A stretch of 64,000 nucleotides of DNA, taken from assembly GCF_009914755.1 (NCBI RefSeq), contig NC_060926.1. One strand, given 5' to 3'. This stretch comes from the human T2T-CHM13v2.0 reference genome, Homo sapiens. Position numbers and translations under genes: made by a program. Below are positions 25,822-42,639 of this stretch, piece after piece. Each line of letters opens with the position of its first letter. Positions within the stretch are counted from its first letter, which is position 1. The notes under the pieces were generated by a model, which did no database searches, was not told the origin of the DNA, and worked only from the letters and a program-made list of their open reading frames with translations.

Positions 25822-27570
25822 CATTTTATTTTATAGTTTCAATTTTTATTTTAGATTCATGGGGTATATGTGCAGGTTTGTTACCTGGGTATACTGCATG
25901 AGGCTGAGGTTTGGAGTATGATTGATTCCATCATCCAGGTACTGAGCATAGTACTCAATAGTTTTTCAACCCTTCTTCTTTTCCCTGCTTCCTCTCTCTA
26001 GTAGTCACCAGCTTCTATTGTTGCTGTCTCTACAAACACGTGTCTCCACGTCACTTATAAGTGAGAACATGCGGTATCTAGTTTTCTGTTCCTGTGTTAT
26101 TTTGTTTGGATAATAGCCTCCAGCTGCATCCATGTTGCTCCAAATGATATGATTTTTTTCTTTTTTATGGCTGCGCAGCCTTCCATGTTGTATATGTACC
26201 ATGTTTTCTTCATCCAATCCACCATTGATGGGCACCTATGTTGGCTCCATGTCTTTGCTATTGTGAATAGTGCTGCAATGAACATACAAGTGCATTTGTA
26301 TTTTTGGTAGAATGACTTATTTTATTTTGGGTATATACCCCGTAATAAGGTTGCTAAGTCAAAAGGTAGTTCTGTTTTACGTTCTTTGAGAAATCTTCAA
26401 ACTGCTTTCCACAGTGCCTGAACTAATTTACATTCCCACCAGCAGTGTATAAGAATTCCCTTTTCTCCACCTCACCGGCATCTGTTGTTTTTCAACTTTT
26501 TAGTAATAGCCATCTGACACATGTGAGATGGTATCTCATTGTGGTTTTGATTTCATTTCTCTGATGATTAGTGATGAAGAGCCCTTTTTCATATGTTTGT
26601 TGCCTGCTTGTATGTCTTCTCTTAAGAAGTGTCTCTTCATGTCTTTTGCTCATTTTTTAATGGGATATTTGTATTTTGCTTATTCAACATTTAAGTTCCT
26701 TATAGACTCTGGATATTAGACTTTTGTAGAAAGCATAGTTTGTGAATATTTGATGCAGTTTAGATATGTGTACTCACTCAAATCTCATGTTGAATTCTAT
26801 TCCCCAGCATTGGGGCTGGGGCCAGGTTGGAGGTGACTGGATCATGGGGTTGAGTTTCTCATGAATGGTTAGGCACCATCCACTTGGTGTTGCCCCCACA
26901 ATACTGAGTGAATTCTCACAAGATATGGTTGTTTAAATGTGTGCGTCACCTCCCACTCTGCCTCTCTTGCTCCCGCTTTCACCACGTGATACACTTGTTC
27001 CCCTTTTGCCTTCTGCTATGATTGCAAGCTTTCTGAAGCCATCTCGGAAGCTACGGCTATGTCAGCATTATGCTCCCTGTAAAGCTTGAAGAACCATGAC
27101 CAATTAAACCTCTTTTCTTTGTAAATTATTGTGTCAGGTATTTGTTTATAGCAATGTTAGAATGGCCTAATACAATATTTCTCCTATTCTGTAGGTTGTT
27201 TTTTTACTGTATTGATAGTTTCTTTTGCTGTACAGAATTTCCTTGGTTTTATTAGGTCTCACTTGTCAATTTTTATATTTGTTCTCATTGCTTTTGAGGA
27301 CTTAGTCATAAATTCTTTCCCAAAGACAATGTCCAGGATGGTGTTTCCTAGGTTTTCTTCTGGGATTCTTGTAATTTTAGGTCTTAGATTTAAATCTTTA
27401 ATACATCTTGAGTGAATTTTTGTATATAGTAAAAGTTAGGGCCCAGTTTCATTTTTCTGCATGTGACTAGCCATCTATCCCAACACCATTTATTGCAAAG
27501 TGTGTCCTTTCTCCATTGCTTATTTTTCTCAACTTTGTCAAAGATCTGATATCTGCAGATGTGAAGAGTT
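25822..27570 (-). mobile_element. 5'-truncated L1 (L1PA15-16/L1PB4-like) interrupted by an MST LTR
   Basis: 3'UTR 'gtgcaggtttgttacctgggtatactgcatgaggctgaggtttgg'; peptide [27 protein letters not shown]. Confidence 0.9.
26751..27174 (+). mobile_element. MaLR solo LTR (MSTB-like)
   Basis: 'tgatgcagtttagat...caattaaacctcttttctttgtaaatt...atggcctaataca'; 5-bp TSD atatt on both sides. Confidence 0.9.
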
Positions 27571-27919
27571 TTTTAAAAATATATTTTTATAGTAATAAAA
27601 GTAAATCCACTGCTACATACAATAGCACGGAAGAATAATATAAACATAATATGGAGTTATAGACCATAAAGTTCCATTCATATGCTCTCTGTTAATTATG
27701 ATGTTAAAAATCAAGATATTGATTGATTGATTGACTTTAAGAAGAGAGTGGTATGGATTAAGGGAGATTCTGGGAGCATCTGCACTGCTGGTACTGTCCC
27801 AGTTCTCATTCTGAGTGCCATTCCACAGGCATGTTCCCAGTGTGCTAATTAATTAAGTTATACATTTATGAGTTATGTTTCTGTACATACATCATACTTA
27901 ATAAGTATTAAATAGTAAA

Positions 27920-28135
27920 TTGGTATGATCTCACTTTTATGTGTATCTGAAGAAGTCAAACTCAGAGAAGCAGAGAGTAGAGTGGGGTTGTCAGTGTCTA
28001 TGGATTGAGGGAAACAGGGTAATGTTGGTTAAAGGGTATAACTTTCAGTTATAAGATGAATGAATCCTGAGGATCTAATGAACAGCATGGGTGGTGATAG
28101 ATGTGTTAATTAATTTGATTGTGGTAATCATTACA

Positions 28136-28185
<50 letters not shown>

Positions 28186-28265
28186 CTTCACATGATATCC
28201 TTGAATATATTGTCTTTATAGGTCACCAAAATATTGTAAAATTAAAAATACAAGAAAAATAAAAA
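27920..28265 (+). mobile_element. Old L1 (L1MA9/L1MB-like) 3' end containing a (TG)n(TA)n microsatellite at 28139-28185
   Basis: 'gatctcacttttatgtgtatctgaagaagtcaaactcagagaagcagagagtagag'. Confidence 0.75.
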
Positions 28266-29294
28266 TGTAAAAGACTAATTTATTCAGGTTAACATAATGC
28301 CAGAAGTAATGTTAACATATCATACAAAATGCATATAATAAGTGTCTATACATTTATGAAAGGGGAAGATGGTAAAAAAATGATTTGAATATTTTTAGCA
28401 ATCAGAATTAAAAATGCAGCATGGCCCAAATACCAGATTTACGGTGTTCATGAGTTGTAGACAAACTGTGGCTCAAAGTATTTCAAATATTCCAGGTACA
28501 GAAACCACAGAGAAAATTTTTGTTAAAAAATTCACAATGTACTGAATGCTATCTATCTTCAACAACAATTTAAAAGTAAATATATAAATAAATTTCAAAA
28601 ACTCATAGCTCAATTAATTTTAAAAAACCTATATGGATGTAGGGAAAAGGAGTAAATAAAATCTCATCATAAAATTTTAAAAACTCTGATTCTTTGATTT
28701 ATCCAGGGAGAGATTTAAACATGTCACTAAAAAAGATCTGATCAAAATGTTCTTTTAATCCAACTTTTATCAGTCATCACTGTCAAGGTCACACTTCCTA
28801 ACAAATATTTGGAATGCAGCTATTTTGTGCTGCCAGTTTGTGCTAAGCCATATGCTACAACAATCAATGCAACAGAAGGTGAGATTAACAACCACTATGA
28901 AATGTGAGGGGCCTAAAAAGGACAGGTGCCTGACCAGAAGGCCACAGATATTCACTCAGAGGTGGACCCAAATAATTTCTACCAAGGTTCTCCTAAAAAA
29001 TTAAAAGCTTGTGGGCTGTTCCAGCGCATCTAGGAATAGGTGATAATGTTCTCAAATTCTGTGCATTATAGGAAGATTGGAAAAGTTTGATCTGAAAGTA
29101 TTTAAATAAATGAAACACCTCCATTGTTATTTTTAATCCTCTTCTACCACCACCACACTGGCAGTAGACGCTACTAAACATTCACTATGTCACTCACCGT
29201 AAGAGCTTATATACTCATTTAGTATCAATTTAGCACATCTCAAACATCTCAATAGTAATGACAATGATAATAGTTACCAGACAATAAACACTAA

Positions 29295-30112
29295 AGAGGC
29301 AGTCTAGCAATAGTGTGTCACTGTGCTGTGCTGCGCTGTGGGGAATTCCTCCAAACTGTCCAGTCTCCCCGGCACCCACAGGGGAAAAATGGCAGACTGG
29401 AGCTCCAGTGATGGCTGCAGGAAACAACATATGCTGGAAAGGCTGTGGAGAAATAAGAACGCTTTTACACTGTTGGTGGGAATGTAAATTAGGTCAACCA
29501 TTGGGGAAGACAGTGTGGCAATTCCTCAGAGACCTAGAACCAGAAATACCATTTGACCCAGCAATCCCGTTACTGGGAATATACCCAAAGGAATATAAAT
29601 GATTCTGTTATAAAGACACATGAACACATATGTTAATTCCAGCACTATTCACATTAGCAAAAACATGGAATCAACCCAAATGTCCATCAGTGATAGACTG
29701 GATCAAGAAAATGTGATTCATATACACCATGGAATACTATGCAGTCATAAAAAGGAATAAGATCATGTCCTTTGCATGGACATGGATGGGGCTTTAAGCC
29801 ATTATCCTCAGCAAACTAACACAGGAACAGAAAACCAAACAAACACTGAATGTTCTCACTTACAAGTGGGAGCTGAACAATGAGAACACATGGACACAGG
29901 GAGGGGAACAACACACACTGGGGCCTGTCAGCAGGGCGAGGGCAAAGAGAGCATCAGGATAAATAGCTAATGCATGTGGGGCTTAATACCTAGGTGATGG
30001 TTTGATAGGTGCAGCAAACCACTATGGCACACATTTACCTGTGTGACAAACGTGCACATCCTGCACTTGCATCCTAGAACTTAAAATACAATGAAATATT
30101 TAAATAATAAAA
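29295..30112 (+). mobile_element. L1PA8/8A/10-like 3' end (29420-30112) preceded by an inverted ~125-bp GC-rich segment, inserted into a MIR
   Basis: 3'UTR 'gagagcatcaggataaatagctaatgcatgtggggcttaatacctaggtgatgg'; degenerate TSD aataaacactaa / aataaaggctaa; MIR-like flanks resume at 'tgtgccatggacagtg...ttatctaacttaattcttcc'. Confidence 0.85.
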
Positions 30113-30474
30113 AAATAAAGGCTAATGTGCCATGGACAGTGTTAATATCTGTACATAATTATCTAACTTAATTCTTCCAAAACACTAAGAATTACCTTAA
30201 TAGTATTATCTCTGTTATATACACTAAGTACATTGAAATGTGGAAGGGTAGTAATTAAGAGATTATGTGTAAGAACTAAGATCTGAACTCAGGTCTGTAT
30301 GATTAAGATTGTGATCTTATCATTTAAACTGAAGGTGTTGGTATCACCTTAAAGTTGAGTTGAGAAAACTGAACTTTAAGAAGATGGCATAAATAGGCCA
30401 AAGTCACACACATTAAAAACTGTGTAAGGTAGAATTAAATTCAATCCCATCTGACTTGCAAAGCTTAACATCAG

Positions 30475-30610
30475 GAATATGGAAAGCCTTTAATATGTTA
30501 ATATAAATTGTGGAGCTCCAGGAAGGTGCTAAAATATGCAGTATATTATAAACATTTTGATGATGGAACTTTTTAAAACCTTATACCTATTAACACCTCT
30601 GGGAATAATA
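30475..30610. mobile_element. Old hAT-Charlie DNA transposon fragment (MER103C-like)
   Basis: 'gcctttaatatgttaatataaattgtggagctccagg...atatgcagtat' resembles the recalled MER103C consensus. Confidence 0.5.
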
Positions 30611-30657
30611 TGTATACACGTATCCATACACACATGGACACATATATAAAATTAGTT

Positions 30658-32345
<1,688 letters not shown>

Positions 32346-33295
32346 AGATATTTAGGGCATCCTTTACTATGCCACAGTGTCTAAACGTGTTAAAATGCAT
32401 TTTATTAAGAAAGATTTAGAAAATACATAAAAGTGCAAAGAGTGATGTACTTGCATTCTCCACCAACCATGTGATCAATCTATGTATGTATGCATTTGTC
32501 TGTCAGTATATTTATCTTTCTTCAAAATTCATACTGGTAAAACACTGATGAAAGCCCAGTAAGGAAAAAAATTTACCGAAATATTAAAGGATTAGAAAAT
32601 TTAACTCTTATCTGAGGTGAAAGCAGCACTCTGTCATCATCATCTTCTGGTTTAGAAACAACCAGGGGTGCTCACAAGGCCAGACTGATATAGGTATTGC
32701 TCACAGGCAGAAAGGCTAGAGGGTCTGAGCCTGCTGAATCAGGCATTGGTTGTCTTATTCTGGGTAACATTCTCTTCCTCTTCCATAGTAATAGTCTTTG
32801 GTAATCAGTCTTTTTACAAATGATCTTTGTCTTTAATAATTTCCATGAAAATGCCTGACTTATTGCACCAAGCTAAGAGGATTGGCAAATAAACACAGAC
32901 AGGGCCAATAGTCTTTGAAACTGAATCTTGAGCTCAGGAACAAGGAGAGAAGACAATTGAAACTTATTTTAATGACAACTCCTAAAAACACTCTGTTAAT
33001 TCCTACTGGCTTGTTTTCTTGAGCCCCTCAAAATTTTTAGTTAGTTTTTATCCCTCCAACTTTTGTTATTTTTTCTTAAGTCAGCCAGCATTGCCTAAAT
33101 CCAAGAGACTATGTTGCATTAGTTATACTGCATATACTATACTTAATTCTGTAAACTAAATTATTAAAGAAATACTGTCAATAGGATGACTTCTGAAAGT
33201 GAGCACAATAATCAAATGACAAGAAACCATTAAAAAAAGAATGTATTATTATTTTTTCACTTTCAGGATAAGACTTGATATAAAAGAGGCTAATT

Positions 33296-33598
<303 letters not shown>

Positions 33599-33755
33599 TC
33601 AGGACTACATCAACCACAGAAATTCAAAACTCAAATGTGTTACTGTTTGAGGCAGTCAATTTCTTGTCTATGATTGTATTCAGTGGGCCTAGATGATTGT
33701 TAAAACTCTCTTCTGCTCATATAATAATCCTTAAAAATAAATTATTGTCATTGCA

Positions 33756-34059
33756 TTATTATTATTATTATTATTATTTTGAGATGGAGTTTCACTCTTG
33801 TTGCCCAGGCTGGAATGCAATGGCGTGATCTTGGCTCACTGCAACCTCTACCTCCTGTGTTCAAGCTCTGCTCGTGCCTAGCCTCCAGAGTAGCTGGGAT
33901 TAGAGGGACGCACCACCGCACCCAGCTAATTTTTGTACTTTTAGTAGAGACGGGGTTTCACCATGTTGGCCAGGATTATCTCTATCTCCTGACCTTGTGA
34001 TCCCCTTCCTCAGCCTCCCAAAGTCCTGTGATTACAGGTGTAAGCCACCGCACCCGGCC
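33756..34059 (-). mobile_element. AluS (Sq/Sp-like right arm) with an (ATT)n tail
   Basis: 'gagatggagtttcactcttgttgcccaggctgg...gccaccgcacccggcc'. Confidence 0.93.
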
Positions 34060-37000
34060 ATCATTGAGTTATTTTTAAAAAACAAATCATCAGTAGCTAT
34101 GACTCTCTTTCATATAACATGTGAAGTGTTCAACAACTCTGTTCCAAAGGGGCTTTTTCCTAGAATGATTATATGGAATATCAGATAATTTACAACTTAA
34201 ATCTTCCACTTCCATAATTTTAGATCAGAAATTTGGGAAGGCTAAATTATGACTTCTATCTGAGGGCACTAAGAAGGCAAAAAGAAAGAGTCCATTATTT
34301 TATATGATGTTGGGAATAATGTAAAGACATCTTATTGGTGGACAGGAATACATTGGTATGTATTTGCAAAGCCTGAGTACTAGTAACAGTACTTTCCATT
34401 CCATTTGTATTGCAGTTTTAATGGGTAGAGTCTTTTTGGATTTTAAGCAATTAAGAAAGAAAATTAACATTTCAATTAGTACAAAGAAAAAAATAACGGG
34501 AAGGAGTAAATTACTTGACATTTGAGAAAATAGCTAGAATGCCAAGCATATATTTGTAAGAAGCACCATTATTTTGTCTTAAGAAAATGTCTTAAGCAAC
34601 TATAATTCAATTTAAAAGGTTTTTCTCAAAGGTGCATGTGTCCCAGAAAGACCTTATGGAGCATTCAGTCTATATTGATTGAGATATAAAACAGGAGGAT
34701 TCCAACTGTGTCATGAAAATAATTTCATTGTGTACATTGTGTACATTGTTAAGGCAAAGATAAGAAACAAAGGGTTGTTGATGGATGAAGCAAAGGTAGA
34801 AAAGAGACAGGAAAATCACCGAGGAGATTGTAAAGTTTCTGGATAGAATAGTGAAAATTAATGGAAACTAAAATAACAGAATGGCTGTAGAAAATATTAA
34901 AGAGAAGAATCTGAACACTGTTCATTGGAATTCTCAAGACAGTTAATGGGCTGCATGAAAGGTGAAACAGGTGACATATCAAGTGAGCCAACATAAAGTG
35001 AGCAAAGGCAAGAATGTAATTATTATTCACTAGGATCCCAGAGAAGCCTAAGTGTAACTGGAGCTTGAACAATGCTTTTCTAAGTAGAATATCAATTCAA
35101 TTATATTAGTGCAGCTGCATAGATGATTTCTCAAGTGACCTTTACCCACAATTCAAACACTATGTTCTAATGACTGATTATTTGATATGCAAAGTATCTC
35201 ATGTGGTGTGTGATAAATAGAAGATTACCATTCCTGGCCATTGTCACCTTTACAAATCTGATGCCCACAAATACTAAAACCCATTATAAAAGGTATCTAT
35301 GTTACAGAGAATTAAGGGACCTCAGATATTCTTATTATGTTCTATTAATTTGGGAAGGGGAAATATTAAGGGCATCAATAATTAAGGGGACAAACAAGCT
35401 GTATATTCACATCAGGAGACCACAGAGTGAAGAGTGATAAGTACTATTTGGGGCATGGAGGGATTCTTTTTTAAAAAGGAGACTGTGAACTTTGAATGCT
35501 GTATACTACCTGGTCTGAAATGACGATATGAAGAATAATCCCAGAAAATATTCCCTGGTTAAAGACCTGAAGGTATGGAAGTGCAGGGGTGCTCTGGAAA
35601 CAATGTTTAGTTTGCTTTCATGACCATTTGATTTAAGGAAGGGCTATGACTTGAGAGGAGCCAAGAAGGTGGGTCATAGTCACTTGTTAAAAGCCTTATT
35701 TGATGTTAAGGAATTTGCATATTGTCTTTTAGGCAATGAAAAACTATTGAAGTTTTGTTATTATTATTATTTTTCTACTGCTACTATATCACCATTCACT
35801 GAACACCTACTATTATACTAAGATGTATGGATACAACCATGAACCAGAAACAAAATGTATCATTAGTCTTGTACTATAAAACGAGAGACAGACAATTTAA
35901 AAAACATGCATGAATATGAGACAATTGCAATTTGAGATTCATGCCATGGGTAACACAACAGAAAAAATTATGAGAGGTCCTTGAATGCATATTGGTATTG
36001 ACATTATGGATACCAATATGGTTGGCAAAAGTAGTGTGTCCTGAACTGTGCACATAAATTCAATGAGATAGGCGAGGATTATATGGCATCTTTGGAAGAC
36101 TTTGTAGTTGTGTGGCTGTCCTCCATGAACAAATAGAAACAAGAGCTGGGAAATTTATGTCATAACTTTTTGAATGATCCTGGTTACCAGGAATAAGATC
36201 TGGAATATACTTGGGTTATACATACATCAAATAATGCAAGAAACCAGTACTTTATTTTGTCTTTAAGGTTTCTGAGAATTAAACTACCAAACACTTGTTT
36301 TGTATCTTTAGTCAGATTAAAAAGATCCAGATGATGTTCTCTTACTTTAAAGCTGGAGTATTTTTATTAAGTCAGTTAAAGCTTGTATGTAATTCATAAA
36401 AATAATATGAACATTTTAAATAAAGCCAATCAAAATCTATACGAAAGTTTTACTGATAGCTTGATATTGTTCTCACTTTAATTTTGGAAACATGTTCATC
36501 CAGCTATATTTAGGGGAGAAACTCAATTTTTCCTTGGGAAAAGATTCAGTATCTTTCTTTCTCTTGGTGATAAAAAGGACACCTGTGTCAACTTTTTAGT
36601 TAAGGGTCGTATGAGTTATCATAATTAGCCTTAGAGTAACTAATGTGATAGTGTGCTTTCTTTAACAAACTTTGACCTGAAGAAAGTTGTTTCCCTTAAT
36701 GTACTTAAAGTTCATAATGGTTTACTTTAAGGCCACAGTTTTTATTTCTTATGATGTCTCTAAGCAAGCATATCTACAGTAATGCAAGTTTAAAATGACT
36801 TGATGCCAGATGAAGACTATTTAAATGATTTAAATTGTACCTTAAATTATTTACTATGTCATATTACCCAGTTTATATTAATGTCAACTTATTTAATTAT
36901 ATGAAAATCACATTTTTTCCAGAAAATATAAATGAACAAAAATTCTCTCCTTGCATATGAAAGTGCAAAAAAAAAAAAAAATGGGAGCTTCATTGTGAAT

Positions 37001-38269
37001 TTAACTGATTACTCTTAAAATTTCTACCTCAGCATAAAGGCCGAAAACTATATGCAGCCAGATATGTTCCAAGGTGAATAAAAAGCATAAATGAAAAGCA
37101 TTAAATTTTTTCAGTCATTTTAATATTGAGGTGTCTCAAAAAATCATGTTCTGCAAGATTTATTATGAGCAATAGAAAGTTGGTATACAACATTGGTTGA
37201 ACAAATCACACAAATACATGTATACAAAGTCGAAACAGATTCTGGAGACTTATTTGCTTAATACATAGTCATCAGATTTCATAGAATGCTGCTTTCATTT
37301 TAAAATGTCATAGAGGTTGTTTGCAAATAAGAGTACATTTTCTATTTGCAATATGTCCACACATGCTTATTCAAATATTAGCATTTCAAATATGAATTTG
37401 ATTAAGAGCTTGATCAGCCTTTCATTTATGCTTATATAGCTAAATTGATTTTTAAAGCTTATAAGACACAAAAATTATTAAAATTATTAAAATTTATTTT
37501 AATAACTAAAAATAAATTTAATTATTTTAAAAGTATTAAAATTTCTTTGTTTTGATGAGCATATTTGATTCCAATCCAAAGAATCTAAGCTTTTAATAAG
37601 AAAGTTTCCATTTATTCTATAAAACACAGGAATATTAATAGAAAAAATATTTGACTACTAACATGTAAGTGTTGGCACGAGTCCTAAGATATCAAGTCAA
37701 TGGATATTAGGTTGAAGACAAAGCCTAATCTAAACCAAAACTTCTAGATATAAATTCAGTGGTTTATTAAAACCTATTCATTTTCATTCATTGAGAAGAA
37801 AGTAAGTTGTTGAAAAAAATCAGAGTATAAAGATAGAAAAAGAGGAAGCAATGAAAATTAAAATCGTTGCTTTATGTTAACATTCATATATTACATCAGT
37901 ATAAACAGAAAGTGAAAACAAATAAATATAAAAATGAAAAAATATGCAAGCTTCTGATTAGGGTTTCATTGTTGAAAATAAAAATTAAGCTATGTTTTAA
38001 CAGTTTTCACGTTTTGGTACCCTCTCTTTTATGAAGATGTCTTTTATGAAAAAAAAAACATAAGCTTAATTATTGAAAATTTACAGCCCTATATAGTTTT
38101 CAAGATGTTTGGAATACATATAGCTTAATTTAACTTTTTATTTTGATATAATCCTAACAGAAAAGATACAGGAATAATGTAGGAAACCCTCAGGTACCTC
38201 TTATTAGATTCATAATCTATTGTCACATTTTGACCCATTTGCATATATATGCATTTATATTTAGAGAGA

Positions 38270-39330
38270 GACAGACGATTTTTTCCTGAACATGTGAGAA
38301 AAGTTTGGAGATATTGTATCTTTTTACTACTAAATGTTTCAGTATGTACTATTTTATGGAAAATGGCAGGATATTTTCTCACATGTCCACAGTATAATAA
38401 AATCAGAAAATTTTAGCATTAATATATTTCCATGGTATACCCACATATCATAATCAAATTTATCAAGTGTATCAATTACGTATTTTATAGTAACTTTATT
38501 TTTCCTGGTCCAAGAACCAATCTAGAACTGCACTTGGTTGTTATATTTGTTTAGCCTTCTTTAACCTGAAATAGTATCTTAGCCTTTCCTAAGTTTCTTG
38601 GCCTTGCAATTTTTGAAATGTAGAAACCAGACATTTAGAAAATATTTTTACTAAATTGGGCCTTTGTCCTATAATTAGATTCAAGTCAAGCATTTTTGGA
38701 AGGCGTGCCATTAAGTTAAAGGTGGATCCTTCTCCGTACATTATATCTATTATATCTGAGGCACATGATGTTGAAATGTTTCAATATCGGTTAACTTTGG
38801 TAACTTTGCTTAAGATTGTGTCTCTCAGGTTTTTTCAATGTAAAGATACAGTTTTCCACTTTGTAATTAATCATAATATTTGAGGTAATGTGTTGAGACT
38901 GTGAAACTATCCTGTTTCTCATTACATTTTTCCTCAGTTTTAGCTTCCATTGATGATTTCCTATTGTCATCATTCTTCCTATATTTATCAGGTGTCATTC
39001 AACTTCTGTTATAATTTATTAGTCCTTTTATCTCAAATTTCTTTATTCATGAAGTTTGTTATACCCAGTGAGTTAAGATCATCTACTATATCATTAAGTG
39101 TTTTAGTGATCAAATATTCTCATATTTGGCCAGTATGAACCCCTTTAATCTATCTCATCATAAGTTCCTTTGATATTTCCCTTTGGTTACTTTCTGAACC
39201 ATCTTGTACTTTCCATTAATTTGAAAATTAGACTTTGCTCCAAGGAGCATACTTTCTGGAATGTATTTCTGGTTCCTTTTTCCAGGGACAAGAAAGACCA
39301 GGTGCCTTGCTGGAAAAAACTAGATCCTGC
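38270..39330 (-). mobile_element. Ancient L1 (L1MC4/5-like) 3' region
   Basis: 'tttactactaaatgtttcagtatgta...ggatattttctcacat' and 'taattagattcaagtcaagcatttttgg' resemble L1MC 3' ends. Confidence 0.55.
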
Positions 39331-40968
39331 TGACCATAGCATTATTTTGGTGAGTGAGTTGGCCATAAGGTCTTTGTTATTTTGTTATACATGTATCCCA
39401 AGCCCCCTCTTCATCAGGGAAAAGCTAGAAGAAAGAAAAAGGAAAAATGAAAATCCTGTCATGCCACTCTATCCTTTTATTGAAATTCCTTAGCTTTTAC
39501 AAAGAAAAAAAATTCTCATTTTCTGTTAGGGAGGGAAAGAACTATGCTACCTTAAACACCACGAACCACACACGGGCTTACAGAGTTCAAACCAGTCTAT
39601 AAATGCACTGGAATTTGCTCCTCAGTTTAATCTCAAATGGGGTGAACTTGTTCCTGTATATCTTTGTCAAATACCCTAAAACAGAGGCCAAAGAGAAAAT
39701 CATGCTCCCTCAGAAACACAGAAATGGAAAGAAAACCAAGAACATTTTTTCTATTTTATGCATGCAGCTTTATGTTTAACCTGTATGCTGCCTCTTACAT
39801 TCTGGTCAGATATATCTCAGCATATTGAATGAAGTTCAAATATCTTGGGCTGAGATAAAAAGAATTCCTAGATTTTTAAATTTTTTTTCATTATTTCCCA
39901 TGACAGTATACTCTCAAAATCTCCTCCTTGATCAGAGTTGGAGCTGGGGGTTGGCAGTCATTTCTCTCACAGTATCTTTTTTAGCATTCAGGGCCAAAAT
40001 AGGACGTGCCAGGGAGCAACAAGTGAAATGTTTCCTACAAAAACTAAAATCGTTTCATAAGCTGTCCAGAATTGAACTTGATGCACAAAAATAGCATTAC
40101 TTTTGGGGGTCTGAATCCGTTCTAAATAGGCTTCTGATGGTCAATGATTTCACTAAACAAAATTGAAACTGCATCACATTTTGTAACACTTGTTCCCTCT
40201 GCAAATTTTGTGTCATCAGACATTGGTATCTAGTTTTATTTTTGAGGTTGTATTCATTTCATTCACAATCAATTAACTATTCATGTTTTTCCTTCACTAG
40301 AGAACCAGATTCAGAATTTCTCACTAATCCTGGAGCTATGCCTTTTCCTTCACTACTGACTGTAGCTCCAAATTTTCCCACTAAACTCTATATCAATCTT
40401 CATTGGCCATTTGTTTCCACCATGCTGGATTCCTTCTGAGATGGTATTTCTAATTCCAGGATGGCCCCTACTGGCTTTATTCACTCTGTGCACCATTTTT
40501 CCTGTAGTTTAGGGAGCATGGTGTTATGTTCCTGGCCTGGTATGGTTTGTCATGATTCATACAAGGTCAGACATCACATCACATATTGACAAAAATTTTC
40601 CTCACATTTAACTCATAATATATGTTCTTGTACTGTCTAGCAAATGCACAGAAATAAATATTATTCGATGACTGTAAACTCACAATGAGTTAGAAGGGTA
40701 CTGCAAAAATATTCTCTTACTGTCCCCACTAATTATCTATCTTACTACACTGAGGCCAGGCCAGATAGCATCTCAAAATATTTTCTTTTACACTCTAACC
40801 TCTTCCTTTGCTACTTCTTTTAACCATTCCTTTTATCTTTTGCTCTCTCTGCACCCCTCTTCAGGGTCCCAGATGCAGCCTAGATTTTTTCATATTCTGG
40901 GCCTCCTCTTTGACTCTAGAATTAGCAGCAGTGGCTTCTCCATATTGAAGAATATATTAGGTCTTCAA

Positions 40969-41407
40969 TTTTTTTTATTATCCTCCAATAGTTTATTGAG
41001 GTACAGGTGGTATTTGGTTACATGGGTAAGTTCTTTAGTGGTGATTTGTGAGATTTTGGTGCACCCATCACCTGAGCAGTATTTGCTGCAACCTATTTGT
41101 AGTCTTTTATCCCTTGCCCCTTTCCTATCCTTCCCCTTAAGTCCCCAAAGTCCATTGCGTCATTGCATCATTCTTATGCTTTTGTGTCCTCATAGCTTAG
41201 CTCCCAGACATCAGTGAGAGCATACAATGTTTCGTTTTCCATTCCTGAGTTACTTCACTTAGAATAATAGTCTCCAATCTCATCCAGGTCACTGCAAATG
41301 CCATTAATTCATTCATTTTTATGGTTGAGTGGTATTCCATCATAAATATATATATATAATATATATATATAGATATATATGGTATGTGTATTGGTATGTG
41401 TGTGTGT

Positions 41408-41460
<53 letters not shown>

Positions 41461-41622
41461 CACAATTTCTTTATACACTTCTTGACTGATGGGCATGTGG
41501 GTTGGTTCCACAATTTTGCAATTGAAAATTGTGCTGCGATAAATATGTATGTGCAAATATCTTTCTTGTATAATGACTTCTTTTCCTCTGAGTAGATACC
41601 TAGTAGTGGGATTGCTGGATCA
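40969..41622 (-). mobile_element. L1PB1-like 3' end with an internal (TA)n/(TG)n microsatellite at ~41346-41458
   Basis: 'gtacaggtggtatttggttacatgggtaagttctttagtggtgatttgtgagattttggtgcacccatcacc'; peptide TWMRLETIILSEVTQEWKTKH. Confidence 0.9.
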
Positions 41623-41721
41623 CTTTTTCAGACTAAAACACGAGAAAAACAAAATTGACTGACCCTAATAAAATAATTTTGATGCTAGAATGAAAACCAA
41701 AGCCCAGGCTATAATCTATAA

Positions 41722-42068
<347 letters not shown>

Positions 42069-42639
42069 CCTTTTCTCTTTTTTATGCTGTCTGACCTTAC
42101 TATTTCTCAAATGCACCAAAAATATCTTTGTCTCAGGAACTTTGTTTGTGTTTCCCTCCCTGGTATGTACTTTCTTTTGGCTCTCTCTCTTGGTTCATTC
42201 ATATCTCTGTTAAATATTATTTCAGCTCAAAGTCCTTCCCTGATTAATACATACAAAAGAGCTGCTGCCTCTGACCAGCTCCATTTTTAATACTGTCCAT
42301 TTGTTCTTTGTTTGAATGAATAAACATATATGCCATAATTTTTTTTCTTTTTATTGTGTCATACTAAAGAATTGTTCCTTGCCTAGAAGAGAAAAAAAGT
42401 AAGGAGGAATCAAATACTCCTTTACATGCATATAAGAATATATCTGAGTAAGCAATAGCAAGAGAAATCACAAAGCGTTTTGAGAGGAAGAAAGGGGGGG
42501 TATGATGTGAGTTGGGTTGCTAGCAAAGGCTTTTAGAAGAAATTTAAATGAGACTTGAAAGTTGAGAAGAAGCCAATTAAAGATTTTCAGGCAGAAGGAA
42601 TAGCATGTATAAAAATGTTTCAGCCAAACATACAGTTTC

